Of a DNA stretch of 64,000 bases, positions 60,861 to 64,000 are shown piece by piece (position 1 is the first letter of the stretch; each line of letters opens with the position of its first letter). The stretch comes from Marsupella aquatica (taxonomy: Eukaryota; Plantae; Marchantiophyta), in contig OZ316895.1 of the NCBI GenBank assembly GCA_973895155.1, positions 3,831,659 to 3,895,658 on the forward strand, given 5' to 3'. Below the pieces are notes generated by a model. That model saw only the letters and a program-made list of their open reading frames with translations, had not been told where the DNA came from and did no database searches. The position numbers and the translations under genes are program-made.

Positions 60861-61394
60861 TACATCACATTCGGTAGTACTTGCCCCTATCATTTTGCAG
60901 TAGGATTTCAGACTTGGCCAGTACAAATGAGGTAGAGTTACTCCTTGGATTGGAAACTAGTATTTTCTGATTTACCTGGAAGGCTTGTACCTGGATTTTC
61001 ACCAATGAATACGACCACATTTTGGAATGAGAATCAGCACTGCATTTGCTCACAATTTTTGCACTCCATCATTATGCTTTTTTCATCCTTCTTCAAATGT
61101 GTAGGCTTGCAATTGCAAGCACTTTGCAAAAATGTAACACTGGCACAAGTTCAATCTGAAATGTGCTGATATTACCAGAGTGGATAATATTAACTCCATT
61201 CAACTGTTTCATAAAACAAATGCTCACATGTCTCACAATATTCTAACTTAGTCTAAGTCAACTGTCTCACAATTGCTTTCTGTCCTAAAATGTCGACTAG
61301 GACCTGGATTTACTATTGGAGATGGAGTTGGCACACTAGATGCAGGTCCTGGGACGAGTGCCAGTAAGGAACGCATCTCCTCCTGGCTTCTATT

Positions 61395-62862
61395 TTATTT
61401 GAATAGCTCACTTAGTAAGGAGGTTGTTTGTTGAGTCTGGAGCAGAGCAAGCTGGTGGTGCTGGTCCATTCGAGCTCTCTTATTTTCATGTTTTCGTTGC
61501 AGCCTGTCCCTCTCCCGAGCCTGCAACGCTAAGGCTTCCCTAGCCTCTCTTTTGTCTGCCAGCTCTTGACTTCTCCATTTGTCTTTTGTTTCAATCATTT
61601 GTTGCCTATAGAGACTTTTCTCAGAAAGTTTCTCCATATAAACCTCTGCCAAATTGGGTCGAGATGTGACTTGTGATGCAACAGGCCTTTTCAAATGTCT
61701 TCTACCCTGGTGGCCCCTATCACCTGTTGGATTTGGATCCAGAGTAGATGTAGCTCTTGATGCTTGGCCATCGACAGCAGTGGGATTGGTGTGGGCAGGA
61801 GCAGCTGGGGCTGGTTGAGACGGGAGGACCTCCTCTGTGGCTTCACTAGCTTCCGGTTGTGCCTCCGTCCTGGTTTCATGGACACCCCCAGCTAATCCAG
61901 TCCCAAAATCAAACTGAGACTCTTCTCCTTCATCGCCCAAATCTACAATTGAGATTATTTCACAGAGAAATCGTTTTCAAAATCCACAACAAATGAAAAG
62001 AGATAGCACCTCAAATAGAAAGCTCAAAAAACAACTCGAAGTGGATTGAAAACTACACTTTACATGTTCAATCTGAAATCTTGAGGCCAAATACGAACCA
62101 AGCAAGAAGCTTAAAAATTAGCAATCAAGGATGGATGAATTGAGTACCTCTATGTTGCGACTCATTATTGTGGTCCTGAGGTCTCTCCATGTCACCCTGA
62201 TCGTCCTCATCAGACCCAGGGTCAACATACAATTCTGGGAACCCAGGCAATCCTGCCGCTCCTGTGCTTGGAGGAGAGACATTGGCCCTTTCTCCATACA
62301 AGCAATGCATCCTGGCGAAGTGTGGGCATATTTTCTCAAGCTTATCCTCCAGTGTGATACCCAGCCTAAGCTCAGCCAACGTGAGACCAGCTCCCGAGTC
62401 CTGTTTCATGGCCAGGGCCTCCTTGTACTTTTTGACGTAGCGATTGAATCTTTTCCCAAGATTCTCTCCAGTGCACACAAATTTTGGGAACCCCTTCGTA
62501 TGCAACACAAGGAGCATAATTCTGAAGACTGTTTTCTTGGAAGGATGCCTTGTCCCTACAGGCAGCCTACGGCTGGAGCCATTCAACATTGCAAAATTAT
62601 CAGGCTCCTCCAGCCAGTCTACGATCTTGGAGAGGTGATCAGAAGTGAGCTTACGAGTATCGCCACTACAGGCCTGAACATTTTGAGAGGCGACCATGTC
62701 TATCTCTGTGTCTAGCTGCGAGTCAATCACAAAATCTGCCACCTGCGAATTGAGTGTTCCTGGAATTGAAGTTTGAGAATCAGGCGAAAATGAATTGGCC
62801 ATGGTGCAATCCACTTGCTGGAAATGTACCGGCAGAAACGCTGGAGATGGTAGTGGGATCAC
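61395..62862 (-). CDS. Harbinger-associated Myb/SANT-like DNA-binding protein, probably 2 exons
   Basis: IVDWLEEPDNF..SKKTVF..RFNRYVKKYKEA..SGAGLT..LEKICPHFARMHCLYGERANV, then a second exon (~61395-61942) with a charged coiled-coil tail. Convergent with the transposase, as is common in PIF/Harbinger elements. Confidence 0.7.
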
Positions 62863-64000
62863 AGATCATCACAGAGTGGAGTGCGGAGCATGCAAAATGT
62901 CTTGGTCAGGCATAGTGCAACGCATCAAGGTTTGTGGAGTGGTTGAAAAGGCTGAAATATTTTTTCTGTGGGCAACCCTCTAACCACCGTTAAACTAGGC
63001 TTTAACCCAAGGTAGAGTGGCCCGTGGGCCCTCTCAAAACAACGCACCCCTGCACGGATGTGTTCCGAGAATAGGGACCCGGACAGCCTTTCGGACCTCC
63101 TTTTTTACGGGCAGAAGTCCGGACACGACGTTGGGGATAGCATATTTGAGACGCCCTAAAATACTCCCCCCCACCTGGTATGCCCGCGGCTGCGCCTTGC
63201 GGGTCCTTTTGGGGAATCACTCCCCTTCTACTGCCGCGCCCGTCCGGCTCGCCTGCCTCCAACTCGCGGCCCGACAGCTCTTTCTCGGCTTGCCCCGGCT
63301 CGCGCCTGCCTCCTACACGCGGCGGTGCCTAGCGCTCCCCGGCTTCGCCTCCTCGCGGGCTAGCGGGGCATCTTTGGGGGATTTAACCCCTCCCCATTTT
63401 TCCCCCTTTCAACCCCCTTTCTGCGCGCCTGCCCTGCGCCTCCCTGCGAGCTCCCCGGCCATAGTGCTTGCGCCTTGCCCGGCCCAGCACGCCTCCCTAT
63501 GCAAGGGGGCGCTTGCCCCCGGGACGCCACCTCCTTCCTCCCACTCACGGCTTGCCCTGGCTGCGTCCTCTTTGGGGAATTTAAACTCCCCCTCTTTTTC
63601 ACCGGCTAGCGTCCCAGCTGCCGTTTGGCCCCCTCCCGGGAGGGTATAATGTGCCTCCCCCCCGGCTTCCTGCGCTCCTTTTTGGGGAATTTAATCCCTC
63701 CTTACTCCTTTAATCCTTCCCTCGCATCTGGGTGCCTCCCGGCTGCTGCCGCGCCTCGCCTTGGGGATTCCACATGGCGGCTCTAGGGCTGCCCCTTATG
63801 GGTTCCCCACCAGAGCTTGCCCTCTAGCTCACCGGGTCCCTTCCTTGCTCGCGACCAGTCCTCCGTCCTTATGGCCTCCCTCCCGAGTTCGAGATTCCAC
63901 ATGGCAGCCCTAGGGGAGCCTCTTATGGGGTCCTCTTTTCCTTGGGGTTTTAAAGAAAACCCCCCTTTAAAAAAACTTCTCCTCGATCATACAAACGAGA

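Larger units (their letters stand above)
57508..63156. mobile_element. PIF/Harbinger DNA transposon, ~5.65 kb
   Basis: Perfect 16-bp TIR GGGCGTCTCAAATATG (57508-57523) / CATATTTGAGACGCCC (63141-63156). Right flank is TAA and left flank is TAAT, so the TSD is imperfect. Convergent DDE transposase and Myb/SANT-like genes inside. Confidence 0.85.
51035..64000. mobile_element. Putative outer PIF/Harbinger-like element; right end not in the window
   Basis: It begins GGGTGTCTCAAA, resembling the inner TIR GGGCGTCTCAAA. A GC-rich repeat array (cgggagggt.taat..cccc, ttaatcccctccc) continues on both sides of the inner element (57230-57500 and 63160-63720). Confidence 0.4.

Noticed and set aside
57651-63013. 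Extra nested element suggested by a ccaaggt direct repeat and a 20-bp palindrome tggttaagttaacttaacca (57661-57680)
   Set aside because: There is no convincing TIR between the direct repeats; the 16-bp TIR at 57508/63156 explains the element better.
63017-63649. 210-aa Pro/Ala-rich ORF
   Set aside because: It spans the Harbinger TIR and a GC-rich repeat array; a low-complexity artefact.

Overview
This is eukaryotic land-plant DNA (GT-AG introns, plant-type housekeeping genes; bryophyte/liverwort-like by inference). Most of the window is nested DNA transposons around two intact host genes. (1) 1-~31300: a large unclassified element on the minus strand. It carries one long spliced, pseudogenised gene (ParB/Srx-like domain, degenerate beta-class N6/N4 DNA-methyltransferase-like domain, acidic/coiled-coil repeats, Ulp1/C48 SUMO protease), three tandem F-box genes, and about 19 copies of a 16-bp palindrome ACGCGAC-NN-GTCGCGT. 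(2) 12000-29795: a CACTA element with both ends intact (30-bp TIRs, GCT TSD) inserted into that element. It carries TnpD- and TnpA-like genes, a ~578-bp internal satellite and an intact stand-alone EDM2-type composite PHD gene. (3) ~31640-36705: a DUF7869/Sola-like DDD transposase element. (4) 37297-40892: a hAT element with only one terminus found. (5) Host genes 6-phosphogluconolactonase (transit peptide plus -AKL) and organellar threonyl-tRNA synthetase. (6) 57508-63156: a PIF/Harbinger element apparently nested in a related outer element starting at ~51035. All domain calls come from motif recognition by eye; no searches were run.
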